Position numbers and translations under genes: made by a program. A stretch of DNA of 64,000 bases from Planctomycetota bacterium (GTDB lineage Bacteria > Planctomycetota > UBA8108 > SXIK01), in contig CBDCXR010000004.1 in the NCBI GenBank assembly GCA_965223845.1, positions 448,001-512,000 on the forward strand. Reading direction: 5' to 3'. The stretch's first letter is position 1; each line of letters begins with the position of its first letter. The notes under the pieces are model-generated. The model ran no database searches and was not told the origin of the DNA. It saw only the letters and a program-made list of their open reading frames with translations. Shown piece by piece: positions 9,652 to 20,375 of this stretch.

Positions 9652-11637
9652 ATGAGCTTTCAAGTCCTCGCCCGGCGCTATCGACCGCGCCGTTTCGACG
9701 AGGTCGTCGGCCAGGAGTCGATCGCCGAGACCCTCCGCGCGGGCATTCTTCAGGATCGCGTCGCGCACGCGTATCTCTTCACCGGTCCACGCGGCGTCGG
9801 GAAGACGTCGATGGCGCGGATTTTCGCCAAGGCGCTCAATTGCCGGACGGCGGCCGAGGCCGAAGGCGACGCGCGCGGTGTGCCGTGCGACGAGTGCGAG
9901 ATCTGCGAGGGAATCCACATCGGGCAGGACATCGACGTCGTCGAAATGGACGGCGCCTCGCACCGCGGTATCGAGGATGTCCGGGCGATCATCGAGAGTG
10001 TCGGGCGGCCCGCCACGCGAAGCCCGTACAAGATCTTCATCATCGACGAAGTCCACATGCTCACGCGCGAGGCCTTCAACGCGCTCCTCAAGACGCTCGA
10101 AGAGCCGCCGGCGCACGTCAAGTTCATCTTCGCGACGACCGAAGCGCACCGGATTCCCGATACGGTGCTTTCGCGCTGCCAGCGATTCGATTTCCATCCG
10201 ATCACGGACGAGGCGATCGTCCGCCGGCTCGCGCAGATCGCGGCGGCCGAGAAGCGCGAGTGCGAGGACGGAGTGCTCGAGAAGATCGCCGCCTGCAGCC
10301 GCGGCGGTTTGCGCGACGCGCAGACGCTACTCGATCAACTGCTCACGTTCTCTGAAGAGATTCTGCGCGCGGAGGACCTCGAGCGAGTGACGGGACGCGT
10401 TTCCGACGGTCTCGTCGGTTCGCTCGCCGAAGCGGTGATCGAGGGGGATCACGCGGGTGTGCTCGGCGTGCTCGGCGAATGTCAGTCGGCGGGGGCCGAT
10501 CCGGCCGTCCTTCTCGATCAAGTGATCGAGGGGTTTCGCGAGCGGCTCCACGCGGCGGGCGGCGAATCGGGAGCGGAGGCGCGCATCGATCGCTTGCTCG
10601 GTGTCCTTCAGATCTGTCTCGAGACGGCGCGGCAGCTCCGGTACTCGGCGCATCCGACGATTGCGGTCGAGGTGGTCCTGCTCAAGGCGGCCCGACTCGA
10701 GGACCCGCTGGCGCTCGACCAAGTGATCGCCAAGCTCGCTGAGCTCGAAGCATCGGGGATCGCCGACGCCCCGGCGCCGCGCGCCGGGCGCGCGCGCGCG
10801 GAGCCGACCGGAGACGCATTCACCGCGCCGCGAGCCAGACGAGACGTGGAGAGCGGCGGTCGCCGCCCGAGCGAGCCACCCTCCGACTCCCCGAGCGCGC
10901 GAGACTCCGCGCGGCCGGACGTCACGGAAAGCGGCACGGCGATGGAGGCGCGCGCCGGCATCGCGGTGACGCTCGAGGAGCCAGCCGGAGACGCAGTCCC
11001 GCCGGCGCGAACCGTCGCAGAATCACTCACCGCCGTCGTCGGCACCGAAGCGCCCGATGCCGCCCCGGCGGCGGCGCGCGAGTCGAGCGTCCCCGACGCC
11101 GCTCCGAGCGGTCGGAGCCGTGCCGCGAAGTTCGACTTCGAACGATTGAGCGGACTGTGGAACCAGATCACGATCGAGCTCGAGGAACATCACCCGAGCA
11201 TCGCCCCGCTCATCGCCGGCGCCGCACTTCGACCCGGGCGGCGAAGCGATCTCGTTCGCCTCGAGTTCGCCGAAGATTTTTTTCTTCAGCGGATGCAGTC
11301 ACCCGGAAACAAGAACGCGCTCGAGCGTCTCGTCGCCGACGTAACGGGGGACGCGTGGGCACTGGAGCTCGTGCGTGGAAGCGGTGAATCCGCCTCACCG
11401 CGCGCGGAGGCCGCGGTGAAGAGAGAACGACGCACCGCCGAACCGAGCGACGACAGAGATGCCGCGGCGCGCGGAGGCAACGATGCCGCGAGCGCAGCCG
11501 CCGAGTCGGACGCCGCGGCGACCCGTGATCCCGATACGAGCGAGCGAATCCCCTCCGGAGAGGAACCCGCCGGTCGCCTCGCCGAGCGGCCTCTCGTCGG
11601 CAAGGCGAAGAAGCTCTTCAAGGGGAGGATCGTTTGA
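9652..11637 (+). CDS. dnaX: DNA polymerase III subunit gamma/tau
   Basis: LARRYRP, HAYLFTGPRGVGKT, Zn motif CDECEIC, IIDEVHML, FNALLKTLEEPP, SRCQRF. Confidence 0.97.
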   Translation: MSFQVLARRYRPRRFDEVVGQESIAETLRAGILQDRVAHAYLFTGPRGVGKTSMARIFAKALNCRTAAEAEGDARGVPCDECEICEGIHIGQDIDVVEMDGASHRGIEDVRAIIESVGRPATRSPYKIFIIDEVHMLTREAFNALLKTLEEPPAHVKFIFATTEAHRIPDTVLSRCQRFDFHPITDEAIVRRLAQIAAAEKRECEDGVLEKIAACSRGGLRDAQTLLDQLLTFSEEILRAEDLERVTGRVSDGLVGSLAEAVIEGDHAGVLGVLGECQSAGADPAVLLDQVIEGFRERLHAAGGESGAEARIDRLLGVLQICLETARQLRYSAHPTIAVEVVLLKAARLEDPLALDQVIAKLAELEASGIADAPAPRAGRARAEPTGDAFTAPRARRDVESGGRRPSEPPSDSPSARDSARPDVTESGTAMEARAGIAVTLEEPAGDAVPPARTVAESLTAVVGTEAPDAAPAAARESSVPDAAPSGRSRAAKFDFERLSGLWNQITIELEEHHPSIAPLIAGAALRPGRRSDLVRLEFAEDFFLQRMQSPGNKNALERLVADVTGDAWALELVRGSGESASPRAEAAVKRERRTAEPSDDRDAAARGGNDAASAAAESDAAATRDPDTSERIPSGEEPAGRLAERPLVGKAKKLFKGRIV

Positions 11638-11755
11638 TCCTTTCGCGAACGGCCGCGGCGATGGACGATGGTCTCGCTTCGATCGGGCGATCCTCGCGCC
11701 TTCGGCCGAGAATTGCGCACCGCCACCAGACTCTCGACACAAAGGAATAGACTTC

Positions 11756-12091
11756 ATGAGCGCAGACATGAGTGATCTCCTCCGTCAGGCCGGGCGCCTG
11801 CGGAAGGACATGGAGGGGGTGAAGGACGAGCTGCGCGAGCGGTACGTCGAATCGGACGCCGGCGGCGGGATGGTCGAGGTCGTCTTCAACGGGCAGCAAG
11901 AGCTCGTCAAAGTCTCGATCGACCCGAAGGCGGTCGCGCCGAGCGGCGACGGCAAGGTCGATGTCGACCTGCTCGAGGATCTCGTTCTCGCGGCCGTGTC
12001 GAGCGGGCTCGAGAAGTCGAAGGAGTTGATGCGGACGGAGATGGACAAAGCGACCGGCGGGCTGAGTAAGACGCTGCCGGGGCTCTTTTAG
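11756..12091 (+). CDS. ybaB: YbaB/EbfC nucleoid-associated protein
   Basis: AGGGMVEV, IDP, LEDLVLAAV, PGLF C-terminus; between dnaX and recR; AAGGA SD. Confidence 0.93.
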   Translation: MSADMSDLLRQAGRLRKDMEGVKDELRERYVESDAGGGMVEVVFNGQQELVKVSIDPKAVAPSGDGKVDVDLLEDLVLAAVSSGLEKSKELMRTEMDKATGGLSKTLPGLF

Positions 12092-12144
12092 CGGGTAAAG
12101 AAAGTACTCGGGAACGGGAATTCGAGAACGGAAACGCGCCGAGG

Positions 12145-12762
12145 ATGGACGTCTACACGAAAACCGTTCAACGCCTCGTCGCCGAGTTCGAGCGGCTTCC
12201 GGGGATCGGCCGAAGAACGGCCGAGCGGCTCGCTTATTTCGTCCTTCGCGACTCGGAAGAGGATGCCATGCGCCTTGCGCGCGCGATTCGCGACGTCAAG
12301 CAGAACGTGCGCCACTGTTCGGAGTGTTTTCATCTCTCCGAGGGTGATCGCTGCGAGATTTGTTCGGACGAGTCTCGCGACCGCACGGTGATCTGCGTCG
12401 TCGAAGAGCCGAAGGATCTCTTTGCGATCGAGGCGTCGGGATCGTATCGCGGTGTGTATCACGTGCTCCTCGGATCCTATGCACCGCTCGACGGAACGAG
12501 CGAAGCCGAACTAACTGTAGATGCTCTCGTCGCGCGTCTCCGCAAGGGCGATGTGCGCGAAGTGATCCTCGCGACAAATCCGAATTTCGAGGGAGAAGGG
12601 ACCGCCGCGTACTTGCGGGAGCGCCTCGCGGATCTTAGAAACTTGAAGATCACCCGGATCGCGCGCGGAGTGCCGAGCGGCATGCGCCTCGAGCATGTGT
12701 CGAAGACGATCGTCGCCGACGCGCTCGAAGGTCGCCGCGAGATGCCGCCGGCGCCGGAGTGA
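12145..12762 (+). CDS. recR: Recombination mediator RecR
   Basis: LPGIGRRTAERLA HhH, CSEC...CEIC zinc finger, ICVVE, YHVL, EVILATNPNFEGEGTA. Confidence 0.97.
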   Translation: MDVYTKTVQRLVAEFERLPGIGRRTAERLAYFVLRDSEEDAMRLARAIRDVKQNVRHCSECFHLSEGDRCEICSDESRDRTVICVVEEPKDLFAIEASGSYRGVYHVLLGSYAPLDGTSEAELTVDALVARLRKGDVREVILATNPNFEGEGTAAYLRERLADLRNLKITRIARGVPSGMRLEHVSKTIVADALEGRREMPPAPE

Positions 12763-12948
12763 TCGAGTGCGCTCGGTCGCGCGGTTTTAGCACGGCAGAA
12801 TCTACCGGCACGGCGGTGAGAGTGCGGGAGAGGACGCCGGAGACGATGACGGGTCGGTGACCGGCACGTGTGAAACTGAGGTCGAAACCAAAGCGGTATC
12901 GCTGGTGATTCGCGCGGTCGCAGGCCTATCGATGGGAGACGGACGATC

Positions 12949-15336
12949 GTGACGCCGGAGTTTCGCAGTCGGCGCTGGATGGGGTGCAGCGTCTCCCGCG
13001 CGGAGGTCAGTCAAGCGCGGACTAGTGTCGGGATCGCGGTCGCCATCGCAATCGCCGTCACTCTTTCCGTCGCGGTTCCGTCCGTCAGCTTCGGACAAGC
13101 CGATGGTCCATCCGCGGGCGCCGGCACGCCGGCGGTCGATCGAGAAACGATCGAGGACTCCGCCGACGCGGAGGACACGGAAGCGACGGACGGCGAGCCG
13201 GGAACGGTCGAGTCCGACCAGGCGCGCGTCGAGATCGTCGATCTCTGGTTTCCCCGGCGGGTCGCGGAGTCCGGTCTTCGTCCGTACGGCGCCTGGATTC
13301 CGGTGTACGTCGAACTGAAGAGTCGCTCCGGACTCGAGGAGGAGGCGGTCGTCGAACTCCTCACCGAATCCCAGTTCGGCGAGGATGAGCGGAGCAAGGA
13401 CCGTTACAGCGTCCGGCGCACGGTGACCGTCCCCCCCGGTACGGCTCGGCGCGTATGGCTGAACGCTCGCTGCGCACCGAAAGAGCGACAACGCGTTCAG
13501 CTCACGATCTCGACGAACGGGGCCCGGCCGGAAGATGAGCGCGTCGTCGCATTCGATCGCACTCTCGGTTTCGCCGACAGCCACGATCCGAGCCTCGAGG
13601 GCAGTGAGTCGACCGTCGCGATTCTTTTCGTCGGCGGCGGAGGTGATCGACTCCTCCCGGACGCCGCGTGGTTTCGCCGGAGTCAGTTTTCGTCGGAGTC
13701 GATGCTCGTCGCGGATTCGTGTCCGCCCGATCGATTGCCCACGACCCCGACGGGTTACCACCCGTTCGATCTCGTCGTTCTCCGCAATCTTCGCGATACG
13801 CGACTCGAGCCGGTGCAGGTCGAAGCGCTCCGGCGTTGGGTGCATCTCGGCGGCACGGTCGTCCTCGCGCCTACCGAGACCGGGGCGGAGATCCTGCGCG
13901 GTGAGCTCGCACAAGCACTCCTCGGGGAAAACTTCAGCGATCCGGGCTCCGTGGTCGAGCGCACTCCCGGTCCAGTGGTCGGCATCGATCGCCGACGCAC
14001 GCGCACCGCGATCGGATTGGCCGACGGAATCAAGTTTGTCGTCGGTGTCGAGGAATACGATCGGCCGGCGGGACCGTGGCCGAAGCTCGTTCACGCCGAC
14101 CCCATCGGCGGCGAGGTCGTGCGCGAGTTGATCGCGTTCCCGCGGAGAATCGCGGAGGATCTCGAATTCGACCCCGAGAAAGTCGACTCCGTGCGCGCGG
14201 ACGACCCCGAAGCGGCCGTTCGACTCTACTCCGAGGTTCGGCGCGGAGCGGGAGTGGTCGGCGCGCTCTGTTTCGACGGATCCACCTTCGCGACACCCGA
14301 GCGAACGCCGTGGATGCGAAGCGTGTGGGAGTGGATCCTCCGGGGCGACGGCTCAGCGGTCGGACGCGTTTTTCCGTTCCAGCGAAACGCCGCGGCCGTC
14401 GTGCAGGGCGGGCTCGTTCGTCGGCTACAGGATTCGTCGCGGGACGTGGGGTTTCCGTACATCGTTCTCCTCGTCGTCGTCTATCTCGTCCTCGTCGGTC
14501 CGGGACTCTATTTCCTTTTGAAGCGCATGGGGCGACTGCCGTGGCTGATCTGGGTCGAGCCCCTCGTCGTCTTCGTATACCTCGGTCTCATGATCGTCGG
14601 CGGCTACGTCTCGAAGGGTGTGATCACAAAGGCGCGGCAGTGGACGCTAATCTCTCACCGCATCGGCGATGAGTACGCGGTCCGGCAGAGTTACCTCGCG
14701 GTGTTCGCCGGGGCGGAGTCGCAGTACGACATCGGGATCGTGGGATCGTCGACCGTGAAGCCGATCTACGGCAACGACGAAGCCGTCCCACCGATCATCG
14801 AGATGACCTCCGACGAGACTGGACGTCAGGACGTGAGCAACGTCGAGCTCGATCAATGGGCGGAGGCGTTCGTCGTCGATTTCGACGTTCTGGCGTCGAG
14901 CCCGGAGGGCGTCGTCGTCGAGGTCGCGGCCGCGGATGGCGGGACGTCCGGCGGGGGCGCTGACACTCGCGCTCGCGACGCCGACGCGCTCCCAGAGAAT
15001 GCGCTCCCGACTCTCCGAGCGACCGTCACGAATCATCTCGACTACGCCGTGAAGACGGGCATTTTCGAGGACTCGGTGCGAGGTCAGTTCTTCCTGCCGG
15101 CCGTCGGTCCGGGCGAGTCACTCGAAGCGGAGCTCGAGCCTCTCACCGAGGAGACGGCAGATCGAGTTCCTCCGGAGTGGCGCAGCTTCGCGGCGGAGGC
15201 GGGGCAGAGCGGTTACGGATACGGTGCCGGTGCGCGCATCATCGCGGTGATCGACCGCACGGATGCAGACTTCGCGCCGGAGTGGAACGGCAATCTGCGC
15301 GAGCGCGTCGAGCTTTACGCGCAGTTTCGGCGATGA
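12949..15336 (+). CDS. Large membrane-anchored protein with glutamine-amidotransferase-like domain (ABC-system accessory)
   Basis: Signal peptide, YHPFDLVVL...ALRRWVHLGGTVVL motif, two TM helices (LVGPGLYFLLKR); upstream of ABC ATPase; start uncertain. Confidence 0.65.
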   Translation: MTPEFRSRRWMGCSVSRAEVSQARTSVGIAVAIAIAVTLSVAVPSVSFGQADGPSAGAGTPAVDRETIEDSADAEDTEATDGEPGTVESDQARVEIVDLWFPRRVAESGLRPYGAWIPVYVELKSRSGLEEEAVVELLTESQFGEDERSKDRYSVRRTVTVPPGTARRVWLNARCAPKERQRVQLTISTNGARPEDERVVAFDRTLGFADSHDPSLEGSESTVAILFVGGGGDRLLPDAAWFRRSQFSSESMLVADSCPPDRLPTTPTGYHPFDLVVLRNLRDTRLEPVQVEALRRWVHLGGTVVLAPTETGAEILRGELAQALLGENFSDPGSVVERTPGPVVGIDRRRTRTAIGLADGIKFVVGVEEYDRPAGPWPKLVHADPIGGEVVRELIAFPRRIAEDLEFDPEKVDSVRADDPEAAVRLYSEVRRGAGVVGALCFDGSTFATPERTPWMRSVWEWILRGDGSAVGRVFPFQRNAAAVVQGGLVRRLQDSSRDVGFPYIVLLVVVYLVLVGPGLYFLLKRMGRLPWLIWVEPLVVFVYLGLMIVGGYVSKGVITKARQWTLISHRIGDEYAVRQSYLAVFAGAESQYDIGIVGSSTVKPIYGNDEAVPPIIEMTSDETGRQDVSNVELDQWAEAFVVDFDVLASSPEGVVVEVAAADGGTSGGGADTRARDADALPENALPTLRATVTNHLDYAVKTGIFEDSVRGQFFLPAVGPGESLEAELEPLTEETADRVPPEWRSFAAEAGQSGYGYGAGARIIAVIDRTDADFAPEWNGNLRERVELYAQFRR

Positions 15337-15385
15337 GGGTCAACGTCGATATGCGCGGCGAGAGAGCGAACGGAGCGGCTGGGTC

Positions 15386-16459
15386 GTGAGCGAACCGGAA
15401 GCGAACGAAACGGCGGGCGAAGAGCCGCTCGCCGCCGAAGGCTCGGCGGAGAATGTCCAAGCCGCGACGTCGGTCGAGGCGAGCGTCAGCGTCGCCGCCG
15501 CGCAAGTGGAATCGACATCCGTGCCGCGACCGATCGTGAGCGTGCGCGGGCTGAAGAAGCACTACGGCGAAACCTACGCGGTGCGAGATCTCTCGTTTGA
15601 CGTCATGCCCGGGCACATCTTCGGCTTCATCGGGCCGAACGGCGCGGGAAAGACGACCACGCTTCGCGTTCTTGCGACGCTGCTCGAGCCGACGGCGGGA
15701 TCGATTACCGTCGACGGCTACTGCGTCGAGGCGGACACGGAGATCGTGCGGCAACTCATCGGCTACATGCCGGATCATTTCGGCGTCTACGACGGAAACA
15801 CCGTCGAAGAGTACCTCGAATTCTTCGCCGGCGCGTACGGTGTTCCGCGAGCGCGGAGGCTCGGCACGATTCGCGACGTGATGGCGCTCACCGATCTCAT
15901 CGCGCTCGGCGACCGAATGGTCGGGTCGCTTTCGAAGGGCATGAAACAACGGCTCTGCCTGGCGAAGACGCTGATTCACGATCCCAAAGTGCTCATCCTC
16001 GACGAGCCGGCGTCCGCACTTGATCCGCGAGCGCGCATCGAGTTTCGCGCGCTCCTCAAGGAGCTGCGGACGATGGGAAAGACGATCATCATTTCGAGTC
16101 ACATCCTGACCGAGCTCTCCGATGTGTGCGACGCCGTCGCGATCATCGAGAAGGGCGAGCTCGTCGACAGCGGCGCGATCGCGCACCTTCAGAAGAAGGG
16201 ACAGCGCGGCGACCGGGTGCGGATGCAGCTCCTTGCGGACGCGAACGGAGTCGAGGAGATCCTCGGCGGCGAAGCGGATGTCTCGTCGGTTCGGGCGGTC
16301 GGAAAGGACGTCTCCTTCGAATACCTGGGTGCACCCGAGGAGTTCCATCGGCTCGTCGAGCGCATAGCGTCGCGCGGCGTGCCTTTCCTCTCGATCGAGT
16401 ACAACCCGACCGATCTCGAGGATCTCTTCCTCGAGCTCACGCGAGGAGACGTGCAATGA
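15386..16459 (+). CDS. ABC transporter ATP-binding protein
   Basis: GPNGAGKTT, LSKGMKQR, LILDEP, SSH motifs; start uncertain. Confidence 0.93.
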   Translation: MSEPEANETAGEEPLAAEGSAENVQAATSVEASVSVAAAQVESTSVPRPIVSVRGLKKHYGETYAVRDLSFDVMPGHIFGFIGPNGAGKTTTLRVLATLLEPTAGSITVDGYCVEADTEIVRQLIGYMPDHFGVYDGNTVEEYLEFFAGAYGVPRARRLGTIRDVMALTDLIALGDRMVGSLSKGMKQRLCLAKTLIHDPKVLILDEPASALDPRARIEFRALLKELRTMGKTIIISSHILTELSDVCDAVAIIEKGELVDSGAIAHLQKKGQRGDRVRMQLLADANGVEEILGGEADVSSVRAVGKDVSFEYLGAPEEFHRLVERIASRGVPFLSIEYNPTDLEDLFLELTRGDVQ

Positions 16460-18068
16460 GCGATGGAGACGCGACCGCCGCCCCGGCTCCGGCGCGGAGC
16501 TGGCTGCGGACGAAGATCGACCTTCTCCAGGCGCTCGGCTGGCCGATCCTCCTCCGCGAGCTGCGAGCCGACTTCCGGCGGAATCGATTTCTGCTGACGC
16601 ATTCGCTTTGCCTCTGCCTTCTCGGCACGGTGGTCCTCGTTCTCGTCGCGGCGCAAGTCGAGAACATCGAGAACACGCCGGTTCAGATCGGACGACGACT
16701 CTTCGGGCTCTTCTTCGATCTTCAGTACCTGGTCGTGCTTCTCGTGTTTCCCGCGTTCAGTGCGACGACGTTCGCCGAAGAGCGCAATCGCTTCACTCTC
16801 GATCTCCTTCTGACGACGACGCTGAAGCCGCGTCAGATCGTCTGGGGGAAGTTCCTCGCCTCGTCGGTCTATTGCCTCCTCTACGTCATCGCGAGCATTC
16901 CACTCATGGCGGTGTCGTTTCTTTTCGGCGGGATCACTCTCGTCGAAGTCACGGCGGCCTACCTCCTGCTCATCGCCCTCACCCTTCTCGTCTCTATGCT
17001 CGGAGTGTGCATCTCGAGTTGCTATTCGACCGGACTCCGCTCGACGCTCACGATGTACGCCGCAGTCTTCGCGATCGTCATCGCGTCGATCTACTACTAC
17101 CGTGAAACAGGGACGGAGTTCCTCGGCGATCAACCGATCATCCGTCACGTGCTCGATGCGACACTCGGCTGGGGAAGTCCGGGCTTCGTCGGTGCGCTGT
17201 TCGCCGTGGTCGGAATCCTCGGCGCCGCATTCGGGTATCTCTTCATCGTGACGACCAACCGAATCCGCCCGCCGGCGGACAACAAGGCGACCGCGCTCCG
17301 CGTACTGACGCTATTCGCGGTCGTCGGCGTCTTGTGGACGCTCGCGTGGTCGCGCTGGCAGTCAGCGGGCGCCGACCCGTGGTCCGTCGTTCTCTGGACG
17401 GCGTTCACGCTCGGCTTCGTCGCGTGGATCTTTCCGACCGAGGACGCGCAGGTCTCGCGCCGGAATCGTCGGGCGTTCGGGCGCGTCGCGAAGATTTGGT
17501 ATCCCCTTCGAGTCTTCGCCCCGGAGCGTTCTGGGGCTTCGTGTACGCCGTCGTAACGTCGACGGCGGTCTCCGCGGGGCTTCTCGCGCTTTGGGGCGCA
17601 ATCGGCGACGTCCAGCTCGATGGCGGCGTGTCGCTCGTCGAAGGGATGCTCGGGTTCTTCCCGTTTTACTTCGCCGCGATCGCCGCGGGCGGGTTTCTGC
17701 TCGCAGTCGCTGATTTCAGCCCGCTCTACGCCCGTCTCACCGTGCTCTTCGCGCTCGTGATCACGGTCCTCCTTCCGGTGATCTTCGCGCTCACCGAGGA
17801 GCCCGACGCGGTGTGGACGCTCTATTATCTGTCGCCCGTAACTCTGTGGTGGTCACTCGATCCCGATCCACACATCGACACGGAAATCACCTACGAGCTC
17901 TACGGCGTGCCGGTCATTCAGATCGCGCGACTCGTCTACGGTGGGCTGGCGGTCGCATTCTTGCTCGTCGGTGTCATCGTCGCTCGACGGAGCGGATATC
18001 CGCTTCTCAGCTTCGCCGAGCGCCCGGCACCTACGAAACCGGTCGCAGAACCAGTCGCGGCCGATTGA
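16456..18068 (+). pseudogene. ABC-2-type permease interrupted by a 1-nt frameshift (real lesion or sequencing error)
   Basis: ATGA overlap with ATPase; PILLRELR, EERNRFTLDLLLTT, IVWGKF motifs. Frame ends VFAPERSGAS* at 17556, while the other frame continues PGAFWGFVYAVV with more TM helices to 18068; one extra base near 17520-17525 joins them. Confidence 0.75.
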
Positions 18069-18209
18069 CGAGTCCGTTCGCGAGTGCCGTCGCGCTGGAA
18101 TCGAGTTCGTCCCTCGCGCGTAGCACCGGCGGGGAGCGAGAGCTGCTGGACAGCTCGCGACATGGAACGTACCGCCGGTCGCCGACCCGTTCGCGTCAAT
18201 TAGGCCGGA

Positions 18210-18779
18210 TCACTCGCCGGTCGCCCTTACCGTAAACAGCGGATCTCCGACGTTGACGACGTCCCCCTCGCTCACGTGGATTTCCGCGACGCGACCCGCG
18301 AGATCTGCACGGATCTCGTTCTCCATCTTCATCGCTTCGAGCGTGAGAACGACGTCACCCGTCTCCACGTCGTTCCCCGGAAAACGGAAGAGCGACCCGA
18401 TGATTCCCGTGAGCGGAGCCTTCGTAGTGAGCTCGTCGGTTGACCTCGCCTCCGGCGAAAGCTTGCGGCGCAGGCGATCTCGCTCGGTTTCGACGACCGC
18501 TTCAACGACGCCGTTCGCGACGGCGACGCGTACGGGAGTGTCGGCTGAGCGCGCGACGGGATCGAGGATCGTGGCGACGAGGCCATCTTCCGCCGTGCGT
18601 TCCCCGTTGCCGTTTCTCTGGTCGCGCACGTAGATCTCCCGTCGGTCCTTCGCGGCAAGAAACGGAGGGAGCGCCGTGAGGCAGAACGCCATCGACTCGC
18701 CGTCGATCTCGACGATTGCACGGTCGCCATCGAGCGTGACGACGGCTTCCCGGTCAGTGGTGGTGACGAAGTACTTCAT
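18210..18779 (-). CDS. Biotin carboxyl carrier subunit of acyl-CoA carboxylase
   Basis: LEAMKMENEI biotinylation motif; start overlaps the stop of the biotin carboxylase gene. Confidence 0.9.
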   Translation of the reverse strand: MKYFVTTTDREAVVTLDGDRAIVEIDGESMAFCLTALPPFLAAKDRREIYVRDQRNGNGERTAEDGLVATILDPVARSADTPVRVAVANGVVEAVVETERDRLRRKLSPEARSTDELTTKAPLTGIIGSLFRFPGNDVETGDVVLTLEAMKMENEIRADLAGRVAEIHVSEGDVVNVGDPLFTVRATGE

Positions 18780-20317
18780 GGATAATGCTCGAATTGACCC
18801 GGTTCGATGACCCACGCTGGAAGCGCGGTCTCGCGCTCTTCGCGCGTGCGCCCGGAGGTGAGTCCACCGTTCGCGGCGGCGCGGCGCATCCACGCCGCGG
18901 CAGCGGCGACGCGGGCATACTCCCGAGTCGAGAGTGGCGGTGGGCCGCCGGGGGGGAGCGACTCGAGATACTGGCAGTGCGTGCGGGCGCCGCGAACCGC
19001 GGCATCGTCGAGGAGCCGAAGCCCGAACGCGAGGTTCGTGGCGATTCCGTCGACTCGCGTCTCTCTGAGTGCCAGTCGGAGTCGTGCGAAAGCAGCGTCG
19101 CGGTCGCGGCCGTGCGCGATGATCTTGGCGAGAAGCGAGTCGTAGTGGGGGGTTACGACGGTACCGAGCTCGAGTGCGGTGTCGACGCGGACTCCCGGTC
19201 CGCCCGGCAGGCGAAGACCCTTTACCGTCCCGGTCGACGGGAGCCAACCGCGCGCGGGATCCTCCGCGGTGAGGCGGAACTCGACGGCTGCGCCGCGCGG
19301 CTGGAACCGGACGGCATCGAGGTCGCCGGTCCACTCGGGAAGACGTCGGCCCGCCGCGATTTCGATCTGTGCGGCGACGAGGTCCGTGCCCACGACTTCC
19401 TCGGTGATCGGATGCTCGACCTGAATGCGCGGATTCATTTCGAGAAAGAAGGGAGACCCGTCGGGGGCGACGAGAAACTCGAGCGTTCCCGCGCCGCGGT
19501 AGCGTGCCGCGCTCACAGCTCCAGCCGACGCGCGGAGGAGTCGAGAGCGCACCGCGTTGTCGAGTCGGGCTGCGGGAGTCTCTTCGAGGATTTTCTGGTG
19601 TCGACGCTGGAGCGAACAGTCGCGTTCGGGAAACACCTGAACTCCGCCGCAGCCATCGCCGAGAAACTGAATCTCGATGTGGCGTGCTTCGACGAGGAAC
19701 TTCTCTAGGATCACGTCGCTCGAGGCGAAGGCCTGCTCCGCTTCGTTGCGCGCGGCGCGCCACGCCGGTTCCAGGTCTTCGGCTCGTTCGACGACGCGGA
19801 TCCCCTTACCGCCGCCCCCGCCGGTCGCCTTGAGGAGGAGCGGGAAGCCGATCGATCCCGCGCGAGCGTGGAGCTCGGCCGGAGTCGTCGGTGGTTGGCG
19901 GTCACCGCGGACGGGCGGGACGCCGAGCGCTTCGAGCGCGGTGTACGCGGAGCTCTTGTCGGCGAATTGCTCGAGGGTTTCGGGGCGCGGCCCGAGAAAC
20001 ACGAGCCCCTCGGATTCGACGCGGCGCGCGAACTCGGCGGACTCGGAGAGAAAGCCGTAGCCAGGGTGGATGGCGTCGGCCTCGGCGGCGCGAGCCGCCG
20101 CGAGGAGCGCGTCGATGTTGAGGTAGCTCTCGGCCCCCGTCGCACCACCGATGGCGACCGAGCGATCCGCGAGCCGAACGTGCAGGGCCTCGCGGTCGAC
20201 GTCGGAATAGACGGCGACGGACTCGAGTCCAACCGAACGCACGGCGCGGAGGACGCGCACGGCGATCTCGCTTCGGTTCGCGACGAGAATTCGGTGGATT
20301 GGTGTCGAGTCGGGCAT
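18776..20317 (-). CDS. Biotin carboxylase subunit (propionyl/acetyl-CoA carboxylase)
   Basis: ILVANRSEIA, IHPGYGFLSE, KATGGGGGKG, ERDCSLQRRHQK, FLEMNPRIQVEHP, YDSLLAK. Confidence 0.93.
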   Translation of the reverse strand: MPDSTPIHRILVANRSEIAVRVLRAVRSVGLESVAVYSDVDREALHVRLADRSVAIGGATGAESYLNIDALLAAARAAEADAIHPGYGFLSESAEFARRVESEGLVFLGPRPETLEQFADKSSAYTALEALGVPPVRGDRQPPTTPAELHARAGSIGFPLLLKATGGGGGKGIRVVERAEDLEPAWRAARNEAEQAFASSDVILEKFLVEARHIEIQFLGDGCGGVQVFPERDCSLQRRHQKILEETPAARLDNAVRSRLLRASAGAVSAARYRGAGTLEFLVAPDGSPFFLEMNPRIQVEHPITEEVVGTDLVAAQIEIAAGRRLPEWTGDLDAVRFQPRGAAVEFRLTAEDPARGWLPSTGTVKGLRLPGGPGVRVDTALELGTVVTPHYDSLLAKIIAHGRDRDAAFARLRLALRETRVDGIATNLAFGLRLLDDAAVRGARTHCQYLESLPPGGPPPLSTREYARVAAAAAWMRRAAANGGLTSGRTREERETALPAWVIEPGQFEHYP

Positions 20318-20375
20318 GATCGGTGAGGAAATGAGACGTCCGCGATGGACGCGGGGCGGCGTTCGTCTGAAGGCG

